Assembly: GCA_964016885.1 (NCBI GenBank)
Contig: OZ024743.1
Span: 351,354,001-351,418,000 of the forward strand
Length of the DNA stretch: 64,000 nucleotides
Reading direction: 5' to 3'
Source of the DNA: Eledone cirrhosa
Lineage: Eukaryota
The notes under the pieces were generated by a model. The model saw only the letters and a program-made list of their open reading frames with translations, was not told the DNA's origin and did no database searches. Made by a program: the position numbers and the translations under genes. Of the stretch, positions 15,853-26,572 are shown piece by piece; position 1 is the first letter of the stretch, and the number at the start of each line of letters is the position of its first letter.

Positions 15853-16399
15853 TGTGCATATGGAAAGACAATATAGTTAAACTATGGCCGTGTGTGTGTA
15901 CTAAACACAGCCTCATTACATATTTTGTCTCTGGAATTCAAAATATCATTTATATCAAAATACGGTGTCATAACAGCGAATAGTGTTTTATGAAAAGACT
16001 GGCAGAGTTATCAGCATTTTAGACCAGAGACCTGATTGAGGTAATTAGCTTTCTGGTGTGATTTTAGCACCAGAAACTGCTTAAACACGTGGAACCAACT
16101 GTTGCCTGCCTAACTCTATGTTCATTTTCGTTATAAGTATATATATATATCATTATATAGAGGATGTGATCAGATCCATGACAGGGCTTGCAACCGTGCT
16201 GGGTGAGGATCTATCATCCCCAATACTCCATAGGGAATAGGAAGGAAGTTAACTAAGTAGCTATTATCTTTTCATAGTACAAATGCAAAGAGTATCGACA
16301 CTAAATATGAACACCAACGTACAACAGCAACAGATAATATTAGCACACAATATCAAGAAAAAGTATCAACAAACATTTTTTTTGAGAGAGAGAATAGTT

Positions 16400-18320
16400 T
16401 ATTGATAGAACAGTATTTAATTGTCTAGTATATTATATTTGAATCTTGAATGTACAGCATTTGATTGTTATCTGTACAATATTTTATTGTCTAGATTACA
16501 TCATTTAATTTGCAATAAGACAGTATATCAGTTTCTAGCATAGAGTATACTATATCCAAATCTGCATTACTTAACTGTCTCATGTAGAGTATTCCATAAT
16601 TTTGAGTAGAGACCTTTATCGTCTAAATTGCCTTATTTGATGAGCTGGTGTACTGTGTTTTATTGTCTTCTCTACAATTTTTCATTGTCTACCGTATAAT
16701 ATTTTATTCGTTAGATACAGTATTTCATCGTCAGAACTCATTTTGGGAAACATTTCTCTGGAGTACAATATTTGATCGTCTAAAGTACAATGATTGATTG
16801 TTTACTGTAGAGTAGTTGAGTATCTACAGCACAGCACATGATTATTTACTGCACAATGGGTACATACATAACTAAGAAGGTAAGAAGTTCACTTCACAAC
16901 AATGAGATCCTAGGTTCGATCCCACAGCGTGGCAATTTGTGTAAGTGTTCGTCTTTATCATAACCTCTAGTTAGCCCAGGCCACGTGAGTGTAATGAGTT
17001 AGACAGAAACTTTGACAAATGCCGTCAAATGGATTTTACCTGTAATTCACATTGCTCAGCCTTCTGGCATATAGTAATTACGTTAACAGTGTAAATTTCT
17101 GCGGAATACTAAACAATTTACACGTTGATTCACAAATTAGACGTTCTGCTGATCGAACGGCTGAATGCTCATCGTGGAATCCGACGGAAGATGAATCATT
17201 TACTCCACAATATATTTAAATGTTTAATATAGAGTTGGTTGTTTAATATAGAGTTTCTGGTTGTCTTGAGTACAAATTCGAATAAAGTGGCTGATATATT
17301 ACAGTAAATTATAAGTTCCTCTTAGGCACAATATTTGAATATATAGAGTTCAATATTTTGCTCAATACATTACATTAATAAATTATGTAAAAAAAAACTG
17401 TATTTCAGTATCAAGAAAGATCGTCAGATCGAACCAAGGAAGCTATGTTTTTATTTGGTCTTTCTATTGCCGATATTATCGCAGAAGCGTCAAAGTTTTT
17501 TCTGGTGACAGGAGGTGGCATTTGAACTCAGGAAGAACAGATTTGACCAAAACAGATATCGCAAATCAACCCGTCCGACTCTTTAAAATAGAACAATTGA
17601 CCTCGACGTGATTTGAACTCGATGCACAGCGAGCCGGAAGTAATACTGAGGTATTTAAACCGACACACTAATGACTTTTACAGTATTTAATAGTAACTAC
17701 AAAATATTTTTGATATTCTGAAGTACAGTCAGTATCTGATGGACTTCAATGTCAAAAGTACAATATTCAACTGTGTACTGTAAAATATTTGGTTGTCTGG
17801 TGTAGAGTATTTGATTAATTATTACACTAATACAGCCGTCACACACAATCGAGTATGATTAGGTAATATATACCATGCTTTTTCACTAAGGATTTTAGGT
17901 TACCATGTAGCTGCGAACAGACATTGACGCAGATAGATAAGAAAAATAGAGAATTTTTGTAAGCAATGTTATATATTCAACGATGTATATATGGCGGATA
18001 AAATGAAGCAGCGAGCCAGATTTGACCAATGGGTCGTAGTTTTCCGGCCCTATTCGACAGTAAAGTATTTGATTACCTATAATACAACATACAATTGTCT
18101 AGAATACAATATTGTGTACAGTAGAGCATAATTATCAGAATTATGTTATTTAAGTAACAACAGACAATGTCTAAATTGTCTCAAGTACAGTGTTTCATTT
18201 CGCGAGTATTGTATATGATTGTCTAGACTATAATATTTCATCTTGTAGTGTACAGCATGTGATTTTATTGTCTACAGACTATAATATAATAGTTGATTAT
18301 TTTTAGTACAGCATATCTAG
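16400..18320. repeat. Old degenerate ~22-bp tandem repeat interrupted by SINE fragments
   Basis: Recurrent tacagtatttgattgtctag-like words. Confidence 0.5.
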
Positions 18321-18589
18321 AGCTGTGGTTCTTAACATGGGCGTTCTGGGGGTGAAAAGCAGGTGCTTAGCGTTTAGAGGGGTCATGATATTTATATCAG
18401 ATAAAATACTTCTATTTTATATACATTTTTTTAAAACATATTCGTTGGGATTAGAATATGAATTTAACATTGTGCTATTAGTGAACAGAAACCTGACTGA
18501 TGACGTACCGGGGCCTAGCAAATATCTAGAACGAAGCATATATTCGATAGAAAGGTATAAGAAAATATGGATAATAGCCACTACACAAA

Positions 18590-19335
18590 ATTAGCTTCAG
18601 TTTACTTACAATAATCTGCTGCCAGTACTCTCTACGTGGTGTGCTGAGCATGCCGTGGCTAATGATGCACAAAGATGCGTTGAGTCTGCTGCATCTCCAG
18701 ATATTCCGCCTAAACGGTGAACAGGTGTAGTCGCCGTTTATCAGACGGGCCTTTCCGCAGCTCATCTCTCTGACTGAGCTGCAGTCTTGGGTTAAGAAGA
18801 GACTGAGACTGGGTTTCTGGCATCTGGAATGTTGCCAGGCACTCTCTGCCCTCTACCAAGCAGGCAATGTGGTCAGTGGAACTTCCACTCTCGAGTTCTA
18901 TAGAGGATTAGTGGTGGTAAATGCGACGACGCACTCGGAAAGGCTCTGGACGTCGACAATGTCGAAGTGACCAGTGTGTTCCGGAGGACTTTCGAGACGT
19001 GGGACGATGGATAACTTCCAGAAATCTCTCGCTTGGCAGTGCTACCGGGAAACACTGCCGGTTCTAGATAAACTCTACAGGCACGGAAGTGCTGTCAGAC
19101 AGACCTGACCAAGTTGCACGCAGAACGACGAAACCGTTCTGCACGCACTCATCCAGTGTCCGTGCATTACTGACGCGTGGAGTTATGTCGGACAGCTGTT
19201 GTCGCATGCAGAACGGATCCGGCTATCGGCCGAGTCCATAATGAACATCGACCCGCCGCCTTCTTTTGGCCAGGAAGGGCAGGCAATTGTCCGCTGTCTG
19301 GTGGCAGTAGCGAAAGAGGTTGTATGGTGGACCAA
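18590..19335 (+). mobile_element. L1/Tx1-like LINE ORF2 C-terminal fragment
   Basis: DKLYRHG...CTQNDETVLHALIQC zinc-knuckle remnant and AKEVVWW; homologous to 48.6, 52.0 and 52.8 kb. Confidence 0.7.
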
Positions 19336-19941
19336 TAAATGAAACAATTATTATTATTATTTAGTTCTCATTGATATTCTATATCCAGAGCTTATACAGC
19401 CCCTTCCAAAGTGATGGTATTGTCAATGTTTAATTTGGAATACATACAGCAAGTAAGTTACATATACATATTCAAGAGAAATGGTTTCAGTCAGAGCTTG
19501 AAACTGTCTTCCGATTTCGGATTTTCCTCTTTCCACAGATTCCTTTCTGCTGGAACGTCCTTAATATCACGTGGCCTGAGTATATTTTCATCTCCTTCGG
19601 GGTTGTTTAACTTAACTTATAAATTGATGTGATCAAAGGGGGAAATTAGTTATTCATATCATCTAGATAAATTGTTATTTAGTTTTCGGATTTACGAGTA
19701 AAACCACATGGTGTCCCCAAAACATGTATACACCATTCTAATAAATATTTCCTGTACAGGTAATCAAAGTATGTATACATTTTCATAAACACATAGTATA
19801 CACATATATCTATTACAAATATTTCATAGACACATAGTAAACACATATATCTATTACAAACATTTCATATCTGCACACAGTTATTTCTACTATATAAAAT
19901 AGTCCTAAATATTCCATTGTGTTTGCTTTAAGAATATGTCT

Positions 19942-21996
19942 CTATTTAGCAGTATTATATTTAGGGTTTTTTCTAAAACAATTAAAGATAACAGAACGAA
20001 AAGACTTCGAAACAAAGCTATATAAGAAAGCATTCATAGAATGTTGCATGACAAGAAGTGACAGCATTATACTACCTAAAAGAGGGCTTGGTTCGAATTT
20101 AGCCCATTTAAATATATGTTTAACCATGCCGGGTAATTCAAAGATAAACTTGCAAATAATTATTGTAAAAAGAATGAGGTTTATCTGTCGAAAATATTGG
20201 TTTCCCTCCTCAGTTCCTAGGGTGCTTCGAATTCTCTTTTGTTGCCTCAGCTGCATGATAATTAATATATTCAGTATGACAATTGTTAATGATGGGATAA
20301 GCCAGCCATTAAAGACCATTGTAATTTGTAGCAAAACATTAGTATATTCAGATTTAATGCAAATACCATTTTCATAGGATTTCAGGTTTAATTGAATATA
20401 ACATAATAGAACCTGGGCAAGAAAACAAGTGGCCAATGCCGACATGATTTTGTATTTTGTGATGTAAATTTTAGCTTTAAGTGGAAATCTTACCACAATA
20501 AATCTCTCTGTTGACATCAACGCAATTGTCCAGGCCGTGGTAGATTTGACGAAGATTTTCAGAAAATATAACATTTTGCACATGAACAAACTTCGATCCG
20601 ACATATTTTGGCCAGAATAATAGAGGAAAAATTCGCTTTCTATTAATATTATTATACCTGTTAACATTTCAACTATAGAAAGGCACATTGGTATATAAAA
20701 CGCCACTTCCTTTTTAAAATCCTTCGATCTGAAGACTAAAATTGAGATGATGTTACCAACTATTCCTATACATAAAATAGCTGGCTGTATGATAATATCT
20801 ACCACGTTGACGCTTCTAACTAAGTCATCAGTTTGTGTCACATTTACCTTTGAAGAATTAACGAACGCCATTGGCGTTTGAGTAACATTAAGAAACCTTG
20901 AAAATAATTCCTTTTGCGAATACAGCGGTATTGTGGATTCTGTTGACGTAACCATGGCTGCGGAATGGGTCAGGGTTAGGGTTTGATTGTTTAACATTGT
21001 AGAAAAAGTCTGGTTGAGCTCCTGTGGTGAAAAAAGCTGACCGGTTTTTAAAGGAAATACATCTCTTTTTATCAATCTGTGAATAAGAGGAGGTTTACTT
21101 GAATCTGCCCTAAATACGTTTATATCATTGAAAATAAAATGTGTTCCTAGAACAAGGCGTGAGAATGTTCTTGGGATTAAGAAAGGTACGTATTTTGACT
21201 TTCCCTGGATTTGATGATTTGCATTATTGAAATATGAAAATTGACAAAATTGTGCTGCTTTTCGACGATTACGATTAGATCTGAAAATGACCAGCAGGAC
21301 AGGTATATATTTCGATCGAAAGGAAATTAAGATATTAGGTACTCGGAAAGAATACTTCGGAAATATGATTGCGTTAGAACTGTATTTCAAAATGATTTTC
21401 ATTTCTTTAAATTTCAAGGCTTCCTTTCGAAATAATAATGCCAATGATTTACGTATTATTATTATATTTCTAAACATGGATATTAATTTCTTATTCGATG
21501 TTAGAATTGCTGTGTGGTCCCTAGTAAACATTAATGTGTAGCATGTATTAATCCGAAGAGAAATATGATGGGTGGGTTTTAATATTTGGAGTAAGCCTGT
21601 AAGAAATAGAATACTAGAAGGCTGAGAGCTTTCTTTTTCACGAGAGAGTGTGTTAGTGGTACTGGGTGAGTATACAGATAGATTGAGACTGGCAATATAT
21701 GGTAACTTTGATAACTTTGTTAGGTTTTGGCCAGTTTTGGCCCAGGCCATGTCTAACTTAATAACACCACCTGGTATATTATTACTTGTCGACACTTCAG
21801 CTATTATATTGTGAACAGTATGTTCTGGTAGTTGTTTGGTGTCAGTAGCATATGCAAATTCTCTTGAACCTGTTAGTCTAATCATTTCGCTACTATCTAA
21901 TCCCAGGTTGGTCTCGGAATATTCGGGTGGTTTGATACTCCTTCTGTCTTCTGGCATCAGGAAGTTTGGTGTATTATCTTTCATTACTTCTCTCAA
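19942..21996 (-). CDS. Class A (rhodopsin-like) 7TM GPCR, peptide/chemoreceptor-like, with long N-terminal extension
   Basis: 684-codon frame; TM1 GIVGN, TM2 LSIVE, TM3 C...ERFIVVRFPLKAK, TM5 WLIP, TM6 FELP, TM7 SMNAFLY, helix 8 SKSFR; N-glycosylation sequons before TM1; true start uncertain. Confidence 0.9.
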   Translation of the reverse strand: MREVMKDNTPNFLMPEDRRSIKPPEYSETNLGLDSSEMIRLTGSREFAYATDTKQLPEHTVHNIIAEVSTSNNIPGGVIKLDMAWAKTGQNLTKLSKLPYIASLNLSVYSPSTTNTLSREKESSQPSSILFLTGLLQILKPTHHISLRINTCYTLMFTRDHTAILTSNKKLISMFRNIIIIRKSLALLFRKEALKFKEMKIILKYSSNAIIFPKYSFRVPNILISFRSKYIPVLLVIFRSNRNRRKAAQFCQFSYFNNANHQIQGKSKYVPFLIPRTFSRLVLGTHFIFNDINVFRADSSKPPLIHRLIKRDVFPLKTGQLFSPQELNQTFSTMLNNQTLTLTHSAAMVTSTESTIPLYSQKELFSRFLNVTQTPMAFVNSSKVNVTQTDDLVRSVNVVDIIIQPAILCIGIVGNIISILVFRSKDFKKEVAFYIPMCLSIVEMLTGIIILIESEFFLYYSGQNMSDRSLFMCKMLYFLKIFVKSTTAWTIALMSTERFIVVRFPLKAKIYITKYKIMSALATCFLAQVLLCYIQLNLKSYENGICIKSEYTNVLLQITMVFNGWLIPSLTIVILNILIIMQLRQQKRIRSTLGTEEGNQYFRQINLILFTIIICKFIFELPGMVKHIFKWAKFEPSPLLGSIMLSLLVMQHSMNAFLYSFVSKSFRSVIFNCFRKNPKYNTAK
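21700..21776 (-). mobile_element. 72-bp CR1/L2 LINE 3' tail inserted in frame in the GPCR ORF
   Basis: ccaggtggtgttattaagttagacatggcctgggccaa...aagttatcaaagtta matches 46743-46806; tacca repeated 72 bp apart. Confidence 0.9.
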
Positions 21997-22047
21997 AATC
22001 GGTAAACCAGTGCTGACCTTGTGGACAGAATTAAAGTCCCGTCTCTT

Positions 22048-22677
22048 CTAAAACATCAATCTAACTCTAACGTGTTTTACCATTTTTTCAATAAGTTTAA
22101 AATCCTCAAGACAAAGATTCGGTGTTTTGACAATACCATTCTTGCAACTAAAGGCACGATATAGTACTAGTTTATTTGCTAAAGAAAACGACTGAAAGGT
22201 GAAATCTTGTATTTTAGATTCGAAATTTCGGAATTTATCTTTAAGTGTTGTATTAAATATAGAAATGTTTTGAAGAATCCAGTTAAACTTTTTGTAATAA
22301 GCCTGTAGTCTGTTCGCAGGATCTTGGCTCTGCATCTTTAGAAAATATTCTATCATCTGATTTTTTGGTAGCTTTACTGATTGAATTCCATGAAAGTACG
22401 TAACGATGCTATTATAGTATTTTGCTTGTTTGTCTTTCGTCTGTTTTCCTCTGGGATATATTTCTTCGTCAGTTGGGTTTTCATTTAAATTGCTTCTTTG
22501 ATGATTCAAATGGTTTCGGTAGAATCGAGCAAGTATTTCGAAAATTGATTTCTCCTGTTGAATGTCATTTGAATCTATATATCTGGTCACATTGATACTT
22601 CTACTGAAGATATTTCTTTCGGGACACGTGGCAATCTGATCAAATACTTGTCTCCATCTGTAATATTGGAACTTATT
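22048..22677 (-). CDS. Upstream in-frame continuation of the GPCR ORF, separated by a single TAG
   Basis: Same frame as 19942..21996; open from 22677 to TAG at 22050-22048, then open again (KRRDFNSVHK...). Confidence 0.6.
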   Translation of the reverse strand, partial: NKFQYYRWRQVFDQIATCPERNIFSRSINVTRYIDSNDIQQEKSIFEILARFYRNHLNHQRSNLNENPTDEEIYPRGKQTKDKQAKYYNSIVTYFHGIQSVKLPKNQMIEYFLKMQSQDPANRLQAYYKKFNWILQNISIFNTTLKDKFRNFESKIQDFTFQSFSLANKLVLYRAFSCKNGIVKTPNLCLEDFKLIEKMVKHVRVRLMF

Positions 22678-22880
22678 TTAACAGGAGTCTTTCTTAACAT
22701 CATATTTGTGGCGACCATATTCTTATTGCTTTTTATATCAGAAGTGTTCCAAAGGAGCATGCTCGCCGTTAACTTGAATACCAGAAATAGATCCAGGAAC
22801 AACATCACTGAAATATATATTCGATTTAAATCTGTAAAAATAATGAAAACAGTAAAAAATATAAGAAATATCAAATTCAT
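22587..22880 (-). CDS. Probable N-terminal (signal peptide) segment of the same gene, frameshifted
   Basis: ATG followed by hydrophobic MNLIFLIFFTVFIIF; overlaps the next frame by about 90 bp. Confidence 0.5.
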   Translation of the reverse strand: MNLIFLIFFTVFIIFTDLNRIYISVMLFLDLFLVFKLTASMLLWNTSDIKSNKNMVATNMMLRKTPVKISSNITDGDKYLIRLPRVPKEISSVEVSM

Positions 22881-23030
22881 AATAGTAGATGCACTACAAA
22901 CTACGTATGTCTATAAAGGTTTTGCTTTTTGTTTGTTTGTTTGTTTGTTTGTTTCTGCACCCATGTCTCATTTTCAGGACCTCCTAGTTTGGTTGGTGGA
23001 GAGGGAGATATGAATGCATTTTCAAACCTG

Positions 23031-23129
<99 letters not shown>

Positions 23130-23438
23130 ACAGTGTTAAAACAATCAAATCTTAGGTTTAGTACATTTATTTGCTGACAATTGTTTCTTGCACTTTTCAC
23201 CATTGCTCCTTGTAATTGTCTTCTCTGAAGCATAACATTCTTTTAACTCCCGATTCTCTACATGATGTCTAGGACACTAACAACAGTTATGTATCTACCT
23301 AAATGTTCTGAAGACTAGGATTTTAATCACCTGTTTAGACATTCCCTATGCTCCGATAATTCCAGACTTCCCTCTGGAAGAAACAATTGTCAGCAAATAA
23401 ATGTATTAATCTAAGATTTGATTGTTTTAACACTGTAC
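23130..23438 (+). mobile_element. Small inverted-repeat element with a degenerate HHR (23349-23395)
   Basis: Arms 23130-23190 and 23379-23438; tgct-CCGATAA-ttccaga/tctggaa-GAAAC-aatt-GTC-agca. Confidence 0.65.
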
Positions 23439-23607
23439 CTCGGCTCTGTAATATACTTGATAATTTCCCATAAGCCTTTTATCATACCGGTAACCGGCTA
23501 GTACCTAGTACTGCCCTCCATATGTATAATTGTATACTAAACATATGTAAGTATAAATATTATTATTATTACTATATATATGCGTGTGTGTGCGTGTGTA
23601 TGTGTGT

Positions 23608-24188
<581 letters not shown>

Positions 24189-24312
24189 GAAGGAGGTATG
24201 GTAAGGAACCAAATGGACCATTACGCACCAGATTACTTAATACTTAGGGTAGTAGAGTAGGTAATATGAAAAGGTTTGACCCCGAGGGCAGAGCTCAAAC
24301 CGTTTCGACCGG

Positions 24313-24366
<54 letters not shown>

Positions 24367-24656
24367 ATATATATATATAATATATATATATACATAATAT
24401 ATATATATAATATATATATATATAACATATATATATATATATTATATATAAGTATGTATACGTACATACATATATGTATACAGACGTACAGTAGTATGTA
24501 TATACATACATACATGCACACATATATATATGTACGTATGGGTTTACCGAACATTTATTATAATGTTCGATTTGTTTGTAAACAAACAGCCCGAATTAAG
24601 CCGTACAGGGTTCGGCAACCATCGTTGCCCTTTTGTTCAACACTGACAAAGGAACA

Positions 24657-24693
24657 ATGAACTAGTTTCTAGCTTATTAGCTGTCATCCGCAC
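24657..24693 (-). ncRNA. Degenerate minimal HHR
   Basis: gtg-CGGATGA-cagct aata agcta-GAAAC-ta-GTT-cat; one core substitution; lies downstream of and in the same sense as the GIY-YIG fragment. Confidence 0.5.
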
Positions 24694-24859
24694 CGTATAC
24701 CTTCCTGTCAGTCGATGGAACGTTTGAAAGTATATACTTTCCTTATGCATATTAACGGCTGAGCAGTCTAATTTGCATATCGAGTGAGTAAGTTTTGGTT
24801 TAGTGGCGTGGTGTATTTGATGGGGGTGGTGGTACCGCGGTGTGGGTGTTATACTGTCT

Positions 24860-26281
24860 TAGTTTATGTGATGTGGTTGATTTGGTCGGTTGGAAGTGAC
24901 CACAGCTTCATAAACTACAACGGGTGTGTTGCATTGCTGTTGAAGGGGACAAGCTTCTGGCCTACGGCAAGAGCACCGTGGTGGGGTGTTGTTCCTAGGG
25001 CTGTTGATGATGTGGGCCTTCATGTTCTTAGCGCAGAAGTATCCCAGTTTTACTTTGTGTCGATTAAAGATGGAGCGGTATTTATGACCTATGGGAAAGT
25101 GTCTATCTAAGAGGACTAGAAATTGTTTGCCTACATTGGTTTTAACGTTGAGTGAGAAGGGAGGAGAGAACCAGAGAGTTTGTCTATTGTTACGCTTTCT
25201 TTTCTTATTGCTGTTGTTGATAGTGGTAGAGTAAGTGATAGGTTGCGAGAAGCCGATGTTAGCTAACGCCGTGTTATAGTAGGGTGCCGCCCTGTCAAAG
25301 ATAGCCTTATTAGAGGAGTGGTTTGAAATTCTAGTACTGATATTATCTACGAAGTTTCTAAAAACAGCAATAAGAAAAAAAAGCGAAACAATAGACAAAC
25401 TATCTGGTTCTCTCCTCCCTTCTCACTCAACATTAAAACCAATGTAGGCATTTCTATCCCTCTTAGATAGACACTTTCCCATAGGTCATAAATAGCGCTC
25501 CATCTTTAACCGACACAAAGTAAAGCTAGGATACTCCTGCGCTAAGAACATGAAGGCCCACATCAGCAGCAGCCCTAGGAACAACACCCCACCAGGGTGT
25601 TCTTGCCGAAAGCCCAAAGCTTGTCCTCTTCAACAGCAATGCAACACACCCGCTGTAATTTATGAAGCTGTAGTCACTTCCAACCGACCAAATCAACCAC
25701 AGGTCAAATCCTATGTGTGTATGGCGGAGGGTCGATTTAAGGAACGTTTCCTGAACCACCAGTCGACCTTTAGGTACCCGGACAGACGTTCATCACCGAA
25801 ACTCGTGAGCCACGTGTGGTCCCTCAAGGACTCTAGTATAGACTACTCCATTCAATGGAAAGCCATCACTAAGTCCAAGCCATAGCGCAAGGGGAAATCC
25901 GTCGTGTGGACTATGTATTGATGAACGAATAAATATTCTAAAGAGATTATGCAATAGCCATTGCATAAACACGAGAAATGAATTCTTCACACGTTGTCCA
26001 CGCGTCTCGAAACACCTCTTACGTAACTACAAAGCTCCGGATTGAATTACAACGACACCCTAATTTTCTTATCAACTAGAAACTTTTCGAACTTTCGCAG
26101 TTATCTCCCTTACACCTCTCGCACGCATTTTAGTATTGCCTGTGTGAAGTGTTCGTTTCTGCGCATGCGCGTTCGTACGGTTGTACTTCCTGTTCCGTAT
26201 AACTATGTCCATTACGAGCTGAGGATCCGCTAAGGTGAAACAATTGTTCTCGGTATGGTGAACTAACTGTTGTGTAACCAC

Positions 26282-26285
<4 letters not shown>
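24860..26285. mobile_element. Penelope-like element remnant: back-to-back inverted thumb/GIY-YIG segments
   Basis: WFSPPFSLNVKTNVGK, CSCR..CPL, YEAVV, ERFLNH, WKAI, CGLC motifs; arms 24873-25215 (-) and 25363-25700 (+); ends in (TA)n. Confidence 0.9.
26215..26252 (+). ncRNA. Minimal type I HHR in a PLE 3' region
   Basis: cgag-CTGAGGA-weak stem II-GAAAC-aatt-GTT-ctcg; palindromic stem III acaattgt. Confidence 0.6.
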
Positions 26286-26337
<52 letters not shown>

Positions 26338-26529
26338 CGTTTCTGAATTTGTTTAGCAAGATTCTTTATCTGAAAACGTGTGTTGAAACCGATATTGTTA
26401 TACTTTGGGAGGGTCATGTTGCCAATAAGAAACACACGCACCAGTTGCTTTCACTTCAATTTATTTTAAATTAAATATAAATTTCCGGTTGGTTGGTTGG
26501 TTCCACAACCAGACAATTGTTCATATATT

Positions 26530-26572
26530 GTCAAAGTTCTTTCGTCACACATTCTGTGACCTCTTCAGTGAC
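26530..26572 (-). ncRNA. HHR motif in the PLE A 3' pseudo-LTR
   Basis: gtca-CTGAAGA-g-gtcaca/tgtgac-GAAAG-aa-CTT-tgac. Confidence 0.65.

Noticed and set aside
26365-26403. CTGAAAA...GAAAC...GTT as a ribozyme
   Set aside because: Antisense to the element, no stem II, and the core is not conserved in the related end at 31570
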